Source: Opitutales bacterium | Lineage (GTDB): Bacteria > Verrucomicrobiota > Verrucomicrobiia > Opitutales > JABSRG01 | Length of the DNA stretch: 64,000 nucleotides | NCBI GenBank assembly: GCA_049599475.1 | Contig: JBMYOQ010000010.1 | Coordinates: forward strand, 1 to 64,000 | Direction: 5' to 3' | Shown: positions 47,545 to 57,270 of the stretch, one piece after another | Position numbering within the stretch: position 1 is the first letter of the stretch | How the letters are laid out: every line of letters begins with the position of its first letter | Translations under genes and position numbers: made by a program | The notes under the pieces: generated by a model | Databases searched by the model: none | The model's input: the letters and a program-made list of their open reading frames with translations, nothing else | Told to the model about the DNA's origin: nothing

Positions 47545-49956
47545 ATGAACACAAACAAACTGAATACTACTGCAGTCTCGATTTCACTCGCGGTTGCATC
47601 GGTCCTATCAGCGCAACAGCAAGAGGAAATTCTCGAGCTGGAAGTCATGGAAGGATCTGGAGTGGCGATCGAAGAAAGCGTCCTCCCGACAACCCGCCCG
47701 TTCAATTCCGTATACGGAACTGACCGCAGCATCCTCGAGACTCCGCGTAACGTGACCATTATCTCACGTGAGCAACTCGATGCGATCAACATTAAGGACG
47801 TTCGCGACTTCACGAAGCTGACTTCCTCGTCTTACACAAAGACAAACTTTGGTGCGCCATCGACTCCAAACCTCCGCGGTGATGAGTCTGACCTTTACGT
47901 AAACGGAATGCGCCGCGGCCTTTCTACAAACGGTAATGGTCTTCCAATCAACTTCAACTCAGTAGAATCTGTAAACATCGTTAAAGGCCCAGCCGGAGCG
48001 GTTTACGGCACCACCAACTACATCGGTGGTTATGCTGACTTGATCTCCAAGCGCCCTTACTTCGACGGACCTGCAGGATCTGTTTCTTTCACAGCTGCAC
48101 GCTTCGACCAATACACTTGGAACCTCGACTACGGTGCACCTATCAACGATAAGGCTGCCTACCGCATTTCTTACGAAGGTAAGGAACAAGATGGTTTCCA
48201 CGAACTTTGGAAAAACAACTCTCAGGCACTCTACGCTGCCGTATCTCTACGCCCGTCAGACAATTACTCAGTCGACATCATGGGTGAGTTCTTCCAAGCG
48301 GATTACACCGAAAACTGGGGTGTGAACCGTGTCACACAGGACCTCGTTGACAACGGTCGCTATGTCGTAAACAGCCAAACAGACGCTGAGTATGCGGCCT
48401 ATGTAGCTAACCTCGGTAACGGCGTAACTGTTTTCGATGGGGGTGTTCCCGGAGACGACTTGGCATCGATCTTTGGCGGTGCTGGATTCGCAACGATCGT
48501 TCCTACAGACGGAACCACCGTTCCTGTTGACCGTAGCTGGAAAATGGCGGCTCCTGGCGACGACTCATTTGGTCGTTTCTTCTGGCTCCAAGCAATCCAG
48601 ACTTACGAAGGCGACGGTTTCGAAATCGTAAACAACAGTCTCTACCAGTACCGCGATCGCGACACTTTCAGCTCTTATCACTACTCAGAGTTGATGCGCG
48701 ACAACTACACACTGGACAACCGCACAGAGATTCGCTTCGAGACTCCTCTCAGCGACGCACTCACGATCGACTGGAACACAGGTCTTCGCTTCCACTATCA
48801 GGACGTATGGTCTGTTAACCACTTCTTCAACGAACCAGCAAACTTCTGGGACCTGACTCGCGATCCTGAAACACGTCGCGTTCCCGACCAAGGCTTTGCA
48901 GGATTCCCAATCATCCCTGACCAAGAGCCACGTGGTATCCTCAGCAACTGGTACTATGGCGGCACTGGTGCAGATACACAGACTTACATCGTTGGTCCAT
49001 TTGCCCAAGCAGACATCAAAATCGGCGAAAAATTCTCTGTCCTCGCAGGTTACACAAGTGACTACATCGAGACTGAAGAGTCTGATCCTGTTACAGGTGC
49101 ACTCAACGCAGAAGAGAACGGCTGGTTGGACAACTACAACGTGAGCTTCGTCTACAGCCTCACCGACAATGCTTCAGTATACTTCACCTATAACCTCAAT
49201 GAAGTTTACGCAAACAGCACCGGTGGTCGTATCGATGCACAGGATTTCGACAACGCTCCTGAAAGTGAGCTCTTCGAATTCGGTGCAAAGGTAAGCCTCC
49301 TCGAAGACACTCTCTTCGTGAGCGCATCTTACTTCGACTTCAACAACATCGTAGTCAACCAAGACGACACCGTTGACGAGCGCACCTTCGAAGGTTTCGA
49401 AATCGAAATGAACTACCAGCCTAACAAGAACTTCTGGATGACAGCTGGTTACTCATACATCGATTCAACTCGGACAGCTGGATTCTTCGCTTCTCCATAC
49501 ACAATTGACCGTGCGGACGAAACTGGAGGATTCTATGTATCACCTATTTTCCAGTCTCCACCAGACGGTGTATACGTAGAAAATCCTGGCGTGCCTGAGC
49601 ACACAGTGAATGCACTCATCAGCTACCAGTTCGACAACGGCCTCGGCTTCCGTCTCGGATTCCAAGGTTGGGGTGAAATGAACTCTGGTTACGGAGGTTA
49701 CCCAATCACCGTATTCAATGCAGGTGACTTCTTCGCTGGCGATTACGAAATCGAAGCGAACACTGCTCGCCTACCATTCCAGCACGAATTCGATGCGACT
49801 GTCTTCTACGATTGGGATGACTGGGAGTTCAAGCTCACCGTCTACAACATCACAGACGAAGACAACTGGGACGCAAACAACTCAGGTTACGGTAACGGCT
49901 CTCTCGTAGCACGCTACCCAGTATCTTGGGAAGTTTCAGCAACCTACAACTGGTAA
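47545..49956 (+). CDS. TonB-dependent outer membrane receptor
   Basis: Signal peptide, plug (ETPRNVTIIS, VNIVKGP..AVYG), beta-barrel, terminal YNW. Confidence 0.93.
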   Translation: MNTNKLNTTAVSISLAVASVLSAQQQEEILELEVMEGSGVAIEESVLPTTRPFNSVYGTDRSILETPRNVTIISREQLDAINIKDVRDFTKLTSSSYTKTNFGAPSTPNLRGDESDLYVNGMRRGLSTNGNGLPINFNSVESVNIVKGPAGAVYGTTNYIGGYADLISKRPYFDGPAGSVSFTAARFDQYTWNLDYGAPINDKAAYRISYEGKEQDGFHELWKNNSQALYAAVSLRPSDNYSVDIMGEFFQADYTENWGVNRVTQDLVDNGRYVVNSQTDAEYAAYVANLGNGVTVFDGGVPGDDLASIFGGAGFATIVPTDGTTVPVDRSWKMAAPGDDSFGRFFWLQAIQTYEGDGFEIVNNSLYQYRDRDTFSSYHYSELMRDNYTLDNRTEIRFETPLSDALTIDWNTGLRFHYQDVWSVNHFFNEPANFWDLTRDPETRRVPDQGFAGFPIIPDQEPRGILSNWYYGGTGADTQTYIVGPFAQADIKIGEKFSVLAGYTSDYIETEESDPVTGALNAEENGWLDNYNVSFVYSLTDNASVYFTYNLNEVYANSTGGRIDAQDFDNAPESELFEFGAKVSLLEDTLFVSASYFDFNNIVVNQDDTVDERTFEGFEIEMNYQPNKNFWMTAGYSYIDSTRTAGFFASPYTIDRADETGGFYVSPIFQSPPDGVYVENPGVPEHTVNALISYQFDNGLGFRLGFQGWGEMNSGYGGYPITVFNAGDFFAGDYEIEANTARLPFQHEFDATVFYDWDDWEFKLTVYNITDEDNWDANNSGYGNGSLVARYPVSWEVSATYNW

Positions 49957-49993
49957 TTTAGCCAGCCACGGTTCTCGAATTTAGAGACACTTC

Positions 49994-50022
49994 AAAGCCC
50001 TCCAGAAACGGAGGGCTTTTTT
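49994..50022 (+). terminator. Intrinsic terminator
   Basis: AAAGCCCTCC-agaaac-GGAGGGCTTT followed by T run. Confidence 0.9.
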
Positions 50023-50194
50023 GTTTTCTCAAATCTGAGTAAGTATTTCGATACATTGGAAATGGAGACTTCTAATCATAATCATCCGAAGCTTATCCTA
50101 TTTCTCGAATACCTTTGCGCAAAACCGGGAGCCCCGATGACAGTTTCTAGTTAGTCTTTAGCGACTCCCTACGCTGCGCTGCATTAACTAATCG

Positions 50195-51244
50195 TTAGCG
50201 GCTCGCCGTTGCCATTTCTCCCGAATTTCCGACCATCAGAGCCAAGGTGGGCCATGAGGACAGGGCATCTCCGAGAGCTTCGAGGAGCGCATCACGCTGC
50301 TGTGCGATGAATGGCTCAAAGTTTGGTCGATGCTCCTCCTCTTCCACATCGAATTCGAAGCGTACAGTTTCCGGTGCCTCGACATGCGCATGTAGCGGAT
50401 GCATTGAATCCCAGGTAGTTTCGAGCACAGAATTTCCGATACGCGCCACTTCACTGTTTAGGCGTAGAGTCTCATACACTTCCCGACTTCCGACAATTCC
50501 CGTTTCGCGATCAAATTGATACCAGACAAAATCGCCCTCTAGCGTAATCGCTATATGGCGAAACGCAGCAGCTTCGTCGAGCTCTCCCATAGGAGCTCCC
50601 AGCACCAGCTTGTATCCATCGAGTTCGGACACATTGCTTATCAACCAATCGCGCACTGTGCGCTCGTAAGGCTCTGAATTTCGCATCTCACAATCGACAC
50701 TGACAAAGATCCATTTCGAAGCCTGCTCGGCACGCAAGACTTCCACCTCCGACGACTCACTCTTCCAGCGGATCGCCAAACGGTTCTGATAATTGAAAGG
50801 AATGTAATTCAGAAACTCACGCATAGCTCGAGGACGCATATCTCCTTGCGCAACTAAAGCTTTTGTCTCTGCGTAAACATCTTCAAAACGCTTCTTAATC
50901 GATAGCCGTAGCCTACGATGTGCTTCAGAAAGTGTTTCGCCGCTGCTCAAAAAGACATTGGCTCGGTTCTCAAAAAACCATTCAAAATTTCGGTAATTAG
51001 CATTTAATAGAGAAGCTCCTTTGCGGTATTCCCCTGCATCAACGTAATCTATCGCCTTCTCCGCTGTTGAGCGGTACTGCTCCCAGGATGCCTCAAGTGC
51101 TTCGGCATCAATCAGGAAGCGATTCTCTGCTGCTTCTAAATAAGTGGCAAACTCTCCCCGGAAGCCTCGATTCGCTACAAAAGCAACGAGTAGAGCTCCA
51201 AAGATCAGCAGAATGCTGTGCCCTTTGATTTGGTTCGTGGTCAT
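50195..51244 (-). CDS. Hypothetical membrane-anchored protein
   Basis: 349-aa ORF with N-terminal hydrophobic helix; no family recognised. Confidence 0.7.
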   Translation of the reverse strand: MTTNQIKGHSILLIFGALLVAFVANRGFRGEFATYLEAAENRFLIDAEALEASWEQYRSTAEKAIDYVDAGEYRKGASLLNANYRNFEWFFENRANVFLSSGETLSEAHRRLRLSIKKRFEDVYAETKALVAQGDMRPRAMREFLNYIPFNYQNRLAIRWKSESSEVEVLRAEQASKWIFVSVDCEMRNSEPYERTVRDWLISNVSELDGYKLVLGAPMGELDEAAAFRHIAITLEGDFVWYQFDRETGIVGSREVYETLRLNSEVARIGNSVLETTWDSMHPLHAHVEAPETVRFEFDVEEEEHRPNFEPFIAQQRDALLEALGDALSSWPTLALMVGNSGEMATASR

Positions 51245-51443
51245 TCACAGCAAAAACTCGTCGGCCTCATTAGAAAGATGAGCGCTTATTGAGAATTTCT
51301 GTAATTCTCGGAGCGAGAAATTAAGGAGCCTTCCCGACCTACCCAAAAACCGCAAAAAACGTATAAAAAAGCACGACTTGGCTCAAGATTCAGAGAGGTA
51401 TAAACGGCAAAATGAAACTCCCCGACAGAGAGATCCGCGCCTG

Positions 51444-52919
51444 CTAAACCCCTTTCAAGAATTGATACAATTTCTCCGCCATTACCGCACCAAACCCATC
51501 GACTTTTTCGATGTCCTCGGGCTCCGCCGCCTTCAATTTTTCAATCGACCCAAAGTGCTCCAAAATCAGCTCCCTTCGCTTGGGCCCCAAGCCGGCAAAA
51601 TCATCCAAAATCGACTCGCGCAGCTTCCGACTTCTCAATTCAGCATTGAACGAGTTAGCAAATCGATGCGCCTCGTCACGGAGTCGCTGTAGCAGACGCA
51701 AAGCATCATCATGGTGAGAGAGATTCAGATCGGGGCGCCCGTCCGCAAAGACGACTGTCTCCAGTTTTTTGGCAAGGCCAATAAGGGGCGGTGGCTCAAC
51801 ATCTAGTATCATAAAGGCCTTCAAAGCTGCATGCACTTGCCCCAGCCCACCATCAATCACCACTAAATCAGGAAACGGTTTTCCCTCCTTCGCCAAGCGG
51901 CCGTAGCGGCGCCCCACAACTTCCTCCATCGCGCGAAAGTCATCATTACCTTCAAATGAGCGAATTTTAAACCGGCGATACTGCCCCTTATCGGGTCGAC
52001 CCTCCCGGAAGTGAACCATCGATGCCACCGTGAACGAGCCCGAGATATGCGAAATATCAAAACACTCAATTTGCTGAGGCGTGCGACGAAGCCCAAGGGC
52101 TTCAGTCAATCGCTCCGAGGCATTGCCAAGCTCTTCGAGCTTATCCGGATGATTGCGCGTAAATTTCCGCGTCTTAGAAATCGTGGCCTTGAGCGCATTT
52201 ACCGCATCTCGGAGCTCCGCAGCTTTTTCGAAATCCTGCTTCTCCGCCGCCTCAAACATGGCTTTCTCCAGCTCCGAAAGCCACTCCCTCGATTTACCTT
52301 CTAGAAATGTCGAAGCCTCTTCAACCCGCTCGAGATAGTCTTCACGAGTCACCAAATTGGGGTGTCCGTAGATCTCACCGCGCACATCGTCATAAAGCTT
52401 AAAAACCCCCGGTTCCACTTCGATCGGATGGGTATCGCTCAAGAGTATTCCGAATTTCCGACGCATTTGGTGCAAGGTCTTGCGCACCATTCCCGACTGA
52501 GCAAATGGCCCGAAATACACGCTACCGTCCTCCCTTCGATTCCTCGAAAAACGAAACCGGGGTAGCTTTCCAGATCGATCGATCCGCACCAACAAAAAGC
52601 GCTTATCGTCTGTAAACACCGTATTGTAGCGCGGCTTGTATTCCTTGATAAGTTTTCCTTCCAGAAGGAGAGCCTCCGCCTCAGAACGCACCAGGATGGT
52701 ATCAAAGGTGTGGATCAGAGCCACCATAGCCTGCACCTTGGGCTGCGCCACAGTATAGCGCCGAGACGGCTGAAAATAGGTCGAGACCCGCTTTTTCAGG
52801 TCCTTTGCTTTGCCCACGTAAAGCACCTGCCCAAACCGGTCCTTCATTAAGTACACGCCGGGCTTGTGAGGCAAACGGCGCACCTTCGTTTTCAAATCAA
52901 CTGGTTCCTTTTCTTCCAC
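51444..52919 (-). CDS. uvrC: Excinuclease ABC subunit C
   Basis: GIY-YIG (PGVYLM, YVGKAKDL), UVR domain, IECFDISH, DGGLGQ, RDEAHRFA, HhH. Confidence 0.95.
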   Translation of the reverse strand: MEEKEPVDLKTKVRRLPHKPGVYLMKDRFGQVLYVGKAKDLKKRVSTYFQPSRRYTVAQPKVQAMVALIHTFDTILVRSEAEALLLEGKLIKEYKPRYNTVFTDDKRFLLVRIDRSGKLPRFRFSRNRREDGSVYFGPFAQSGMVRKTLHQMRRKFGILLSDTHPIEVEPGVFKLYDDVRGEIYGHPNLVTREDYLERVEEASTFLEGKSREWLSELEKAMFEAAEKQDFEKAAELRDAVNALKATISKTRKFTRNHPDKLEELGNASERLTEALGLRRTPQQIECFDISHISGSFTVASMVHFREGRPDKGQYRRFKIRSFEGNDDFRAMEEVVGRRYGRLAKEGKPFPDLVVIDGGLGQVHAALKAFMILDVEPPPLIGLAKKLETVVFADGRPDLNLSHHDDALRLLQRLRDEAHRFANSFNAELRSRKLRESILDDFAGLGPKRRELILEHFGSIEKLKAAEPEDIEKVDGFGAVMAEKLYQFLKGV

Positions 52920-53002
52920 AGATGTTTGAAATTCACTTTTATTGGGGTTTGTTCATATTCCTTTGATTTCCTGCGAACAATCGGACGCAACCATAAACAC
53001 AG

Positions 53003-54286
53003 ATGGCGAAAAAACCAAATATTGAGGTCCTAAATTTAGGAGACGAGTTGCTCAACGGCATTCGACTCAACGGACACTTGACGCATCTGGGTGCCGCATT
53101 CGCAGATCGAGGCCTCCAAATTTCGCGCGCAAGCCAGCTTCCTGACGACCACGAAGCCATTATCAATGGGCTCAGCCTGGCCTGGAAATCGGCAGATATC
53201 ATTATCATAACGGGTGGCCTCGGCCCGACTTCGGATGACAAAACACGTGAGGCGACTGCGGAATTCCTAGGAGTAAAACTTCGCTTTTCCACTGAGATTG
53301 AGTCTGAAATCCTCGATTTATTTGCCCGTCGAAATCGTATCATGACGGACAACAATCTCCGGCAATGTTACGTGCTGGAGGGCGCTGAGGTATTGAAAAA
53401 CCCAAATGGGACCGCTCCTGGCCAATACTTCACTCGCGACGATAAACATCTCTTTTTACTCCCCGGCCCGTCCAACGAGCTGTATCCCATGTTCGCGGAT
53501 CAAGTGCTCCCGCGCCTAGAGAAGCACAAGCTCATCTCTCCCGAGGAGAAATATATCCAAATCCGCACAACTGGCCTTGGTGAATCCATGCTGGAGCAGA
53601 AGGTCCTCCCGATTCTGTCCGAATATCCGGGAATCGGTATCGGCTACTGTGCTCATTTGGGCATCGTGGACCTGCGGATTTCGAAAGGAGAGACCCAACT
53701 AAGCCGTTCACAGCTGGAGGACATCGCTGAAACCTGCAAAGACGAGCTTGGAGAAGATTTCGTGTGCTTTGGAGATAAATCGATTGCCGAAGTGGTTTAC
53801 GAGCAGCTCCGCGCCACCGATCGCTCTTTCTCGACTGCCGAGTCCTGCACCGGCGGATTGCTGAGTAACGCGTTCACAGATGTGCCTGGCGCCTCAAAGA
53901 CATTCGCCGGCAGCTTCGTCTGCTACAACAACGATGCAAAGATTCAGATGCTCGACGTGCCCGAGGAGATGATCCAGCAACACGGCGCGGTCAGCCGCGA
54001 ATGCGCCATCGCAATGGTGACGGGGGCTGCAGAACGCTTTGGCACCGATTTCGCCCTTTCTATCACAGGCTTTGCTGGCCCAACTGGAGGCACCGACGAG
54101 AACCCTGTGGGCACCATTTACATCGGCTACTATTCGCCCTCCGGCATGTGGTCGCGCAAAGAGGTATTTGTCGGCGACCGGAATAGTATCAAGACCCGCG
54201 CGGTCCACGCGGCCCTCGACCTGATGCGTCGAAAAATTTACACCCATCGCATCGACGATTTTGTCGCTTCCGAATTCGGCGGATAA
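53003..54286 (+). CDS. cinA: CinA-like protein (MoCF-like + PncC NMN deamidase)
   Basis: GDELLNG, TGGLGPT.DD.T, GTAPG, AESCTGG, ITGFAGP. Confidence 0.93.
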   Translation: MAKKPNIEVLNLGDELLNGIRLNGHLTHLGAAFADRGLQISRASQLPDDHEAIINGLSLAWKSADIIIITGGLGPTSDDKTREATAEFLGVKLRFSTEIESEILDLFARRNRIMTDNNLRQCYVLEGAEVLKNPNGTAPGQYFTRDDKHLFLLPGPSNELYPMFADQVLPRLEKHKLISPEEKYIQIRTTGLGESMLEQKVLPILSEYPGIGIGYCAHLGIVDLRISKGETQLSRSQLEDIAETCKDELGEDFVCFGDKSIAEVVYEQLRATDRSFSTAESCTGGLLSNAFTDVPGASKTFAGSFVCYNNDAKIQMLDVPEEMIQQHGAVSRECAIAMVTGAAERFGTDFALSITGFAGPTGGTDENPVGTIYIGYYSPSGMWSRKEVFVGDRNSIKTRAVHAALDLMRRKIYTHRIDDFVASEFGG

Positions 54287-54313
54287 AAAAAGAGAGCACC
54301 TAAGTGCCCTCTT
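54285..54313 (-). terminator. Intrinsic terminator for the EF-hand gene (possibly bidirectional)
   Basis: Minus strand AAGAGGGCAC-ttag-GTGCTCTCTT then T run. Confidence 0.65.
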
Positions 54314-54347
54314 CTATCCCTATGAATTGAACTGCAGGGTGCCGCTA

Positions 54348-54905
54348 TCAGCGACCACGTCCGCCAGCGCCTCCCCCTTTGATACCGCCTCCAGGTCCTT
54401 TGCCAGGCCCCTTGCCTTCAGCCCGAAAGCGATCAGGCCCATCGCCAGAAGAGCCTGGACCGCCCGCGCCTCTGGGTCCTCGACCTTTACCACGTTTGGC
54501 CATCTTTCCTAGAGCGAACTCCGCTTGATCACGGCTTATGAGGCCATCCCCGTCATCGTCGAGCTTCTCAATTATCTTGGCTGCGACCTCCTCCGGCTCG
54601 GGACGCTCCTTATCGCCTTTCTCAGAACGGTCCTTGAGTTCGCGCCCAGCAGCTTCAGCTTTTTCACGCATCTTTTCTCTCATTTCCTCACGATGCTCCC
54701 GAAGCTGATTCAAGACATCCGTCAGCTCATCTTCTGAAAAGTAATCATCGTTATTCTCATCTCCCTCATCCAGCACGCTCGTCATATGCTCTTGAGCCTT
54801 TGCCTTCATTGCTTCTCGATCCTCGTCACTGAGGCGTTTTCCCTCGCCGGCATACAGCATAGTCGCGGCTGTAGCAGCCAAACCTAAGATTAGGTGATTA
54901 TTCAT
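54348..54905 (-). CDS. Secreted EF-hand-like protein with Gly-rich tail
   Basis: Signal peptide; DENNDDYFSEDE and DDDGDGLISRDQ EF-hand loops. Confidence 0.8.
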   Translation of the reverse strand: MNNHLILGLAATAATMLYAGEGKRLSDEDREAMKAKAQEHMTSVLDEGDENNDDYFSEDELTDVLNQLREHREEMREKMREKAEAAGRELKDRSEKGDKERPEPEEVAAKIIEKLDDDGDGLISRDQAEFALGKMAKRGKGRGPRGAGGPGSSGDGPDRFRAEGKGPGKGPGGGIKGGGAGGRGR

Positions 54906-55000
54906 TTTTATTCCTTGTTTCCGATTTATGAATCCAGCGGTTCTCTCTGGATCTACATCGAATTTAACCTTCCCAAAATGAATTTTATCCCTTCAAAACG

Positions 55001-55016
55001 ATGACAAAACTGTCAT
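55001..55016. promoter_or_regulatory. CusR/CopR-like operator palindrome
   Basis: ATGACA-aaac-TGTCAT between the divergent EF-hand gene and response regulator. Confidence 0.65.
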
Positions 55017-55064
55017 TCTTCTAGACGTGCCCCCATCGCTTTCGATCGATATATTACCCCACCT

Positions 55065-55745
55065 ATGAAGATATTAGTTGCCGAGGATGAAGCTAAAATC
55101 GCCGATTTCGTTGTCAAAGGCCTCGAAGCAAACGGTTTTACGGTAGATGCATTCGACAACGGCGAAGATGCCTACAACGCCGCCAAGATGACCCAATACG
55201 ACGCACTCGTCCTCGACATCATGATCCCTGGGCGCGATGGCTTAGACATCGTGAAATCCCTAAGGGCGGCCAACCACGCGACCCCCATCATTCTCGTGAC
55301 CGCTCGCGGCGCCCTGGAAGATCGAATCGAGGGCCTCAACCTCGGTGCCGACGACTATCTTCCGAAGCCCTTTTACGTTGATGAACTTATTGCACGCATT
55401 CATGCCGTAACTCGGCGCAGCACCGGTGCCACTCAGCCCATCCTTACCCTTGGCAATGTATGCCTTAATATTCAGGACCGCACAGTTATCCATGATGGTG
55501 AAGAGATTTTGTTAACCGCACGGGAATTCAATCTACTTGCCTATTTGATGAGATCGCCAGGTCGCGTATTTACACGTACCCAAATTTTGGAACATGTGTG
55601 GAATTACGATTTCGACCCAAACACGAATATAGTCGACGTATACATTCGCCGGGTCCGCAACAAAATCCGCGAGCCTGACGGCAGCTCAATCATTGAATCT
55701 GTCAGAGGTGTTGGATACAAATCTATAGCCAAAGTTGAGGCCTAA
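55065..55745 (+). CDS. OmpR-family response regulator (CusR-like)
   Basis: ED, LDIMIPG.DG, GADDYLPKPF, TNIVDVYI, SVRGVGY. Confidence 0.93.
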   Translation: MKILVAEDEAKIADFVVKGLEANGFTVDAFDNGEDAYNAAKMTQYDALVLDIMIPGRDGLDIVKSLRAANHATPIILVTARGALEDRIEGLNLGADDYLPKPFYVDELIARIHAVTRRSTGATQPILTLGNVCLNIQDRTVIHDGEEILLTAREFNLLAYLMRSPGRVFTRTQILEHVWNYDFDPNTNIVDVYIRRVRNKIREPDGSSIIESVRGVGYKSIAKVEA

Positions 55746-55746
55746 A

Positions 55747-57240
55747 ATGTTGCGCTCTCTTAAACTGCGCATTGCTGTCCTTACCAGCCTCATAACGACT
55801 TCCATCGTTGTTGCTGGAGCAGCTCTTATGTTGAAGAATATTCGCAATACGAAATTGGAGCGCGTGGACGAAGAGATAAAACTACTCGCGATTACCAGCA
55901 TTCCAAAAATATTTGAATCTCGCCCGTCCCGCGATCGCGACAGGCCCCGTCCGCGAATACCGCAAAGCGAAATCGACCTACCCGACGACTTTTGGATCAC
56001 CATCACGCTAAACAAAAACACCACTACATTTCATACTCCGAATACGCCAGAAGCGTGGTTTGATGAATTCCCTCTCGACGCAGTCCAGCAGGAAAACCCG
56101 TTTTTATCTAAGCAACAACGCTTCCCCATGGGTCGATTCTTTGGATCCCCACCCCAGGATCGTGGAGGGCCTCGTGGCCGTGAGGGTCTTCCAGAGCGCC
56201 TCATAGAGAATATTCAATTCGATTCCATCAAACTTGCGAACTCCCGGATCAGAGTGGGCAAAATTTCTACCGAATCTGATTACCAACTCAATTTCGTAAA
56301 GGACCTCTCACTGCTCAGAGCTGAGATGGAGGAAATCGAAAAGTCTATTTACCAGACAATCCCCCTATTCATATTGCTCACGATCACCGCCAGCGCCTTC
56401 CTGTCCACGCGAGCCCTCAGTGCCTTCAGAAAACTTTCAGGCAACATAGATCAAGTATCCGGAGCGGGCCTGAATGCCCGCTTACAGCCCCAGAAATTAC
56501 CTTCCGAATTCATACCCCTAGTGGATTCGATTAACGAAATGCTTGAGCGCATCGATCGAAGCTTCAATCAGGCAAACCGCTTCGCCGCCGACGCCTCGCA
56601 CGAGCTCCGCACTCCACTCACCATCCTCCAAGGCCATCTAGAAAAGCTCATCCAAACCGAGCCCGATTCGACAAACCAACGACAAGAAGAATACGCAAAT
56701 TTGCTCGAAGAGGTAAATCGCCTTCAGCGTCTATCCGCTCAGCTTCTTTTTCTAGCGCGGAGCGATTCAGGGCATTTCAAGATCGAGCGCAACCCCGTCG
56801 CGATTTCGGAAGAACTCGGTGAGCTAATCGAGGACTATCGAGATTTGTATCCAGAATGCTCATTCACATTCGCTTCTCCCGAAAATCTATCAGTCTCCGC
56901 AGATTGGCCGCTACTACAGCAAGCGATTGCGAATCTACTGACAAACGCCGTCAACTACGGCGAAGCGCCCAATGAGGTTTGTTTAAAGATTTCGGAGTCA
57001 GACTCTATCGTTCGTATCCAAGTTGAAAATACTGGATCTAAAATCCCCGAGGAGACAGCAAAGCGCCTATTCGATCGATTTTATAGAGCCGAAGATTCTC
57101 GCGCGCGAACGTCATTTTCGTCTGGCACTGGCCTCGGTCTCAGCCTGGCAAAGGAATGCGTAAAGGCTCATGGAGGCACCATCCGTTACCAAGGGAACAA
57201 TCAGGGCATGAATGTATTCGAAATAAGGTTACCGCACTAA
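55747..57240 (+). CDS. Sensor histidine kinase (HAMP-HisKA-HATPase, CusS-like)
   Basis: Two TM; DASHELRTPL, NLLTNA, FDRFYR, GTGLGLS. Confidence 0.93.
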   Translation: MLRSLKLRIAVLTSLITTSIVVAGAALMLKNIRNTKLERVDEEIKLLAITSIPKIFESRPSRDRDRPRPRIPQSEIDLPDDFWITITLNKNTTTFHTPNTPEAWFDEFPLDAVQQENPFLSKQQRFPMGRFFGSPPQDRGGPRGREGLPERLIENIQFDSIKLANSRIRVGKISTESDYQLNFVKDLSLLRAEMEEIEKSIYQTIPLFILLTITASAFLSTRALSAFRKLSGNIDQVSGAGLNARLQPQKLPSEFIPLVDSINEMLERIDRSFNQANRFAADASHELRTPLTILQGHLEKLIQTEPDSTNQRQEEYANLLEEVNRLQRLSAQLLFLARSDSGHFKIERNPVAISEELGELIEDYRDLYPECSFTFASPENLSVSADWPLLQQAIANLLTNAVNYGEAPNEVCLKISESDSIVRIQVENTGSKIPEETAKRLFDRFYRAEDSRARTSFSSGTGLGLSLAKECVKAHGGTIRYQGNNQGMNVFEIRLPH

Positions 57241-57270
57241 TCAAAGACCATAATTGGGGCATCCACCCAC

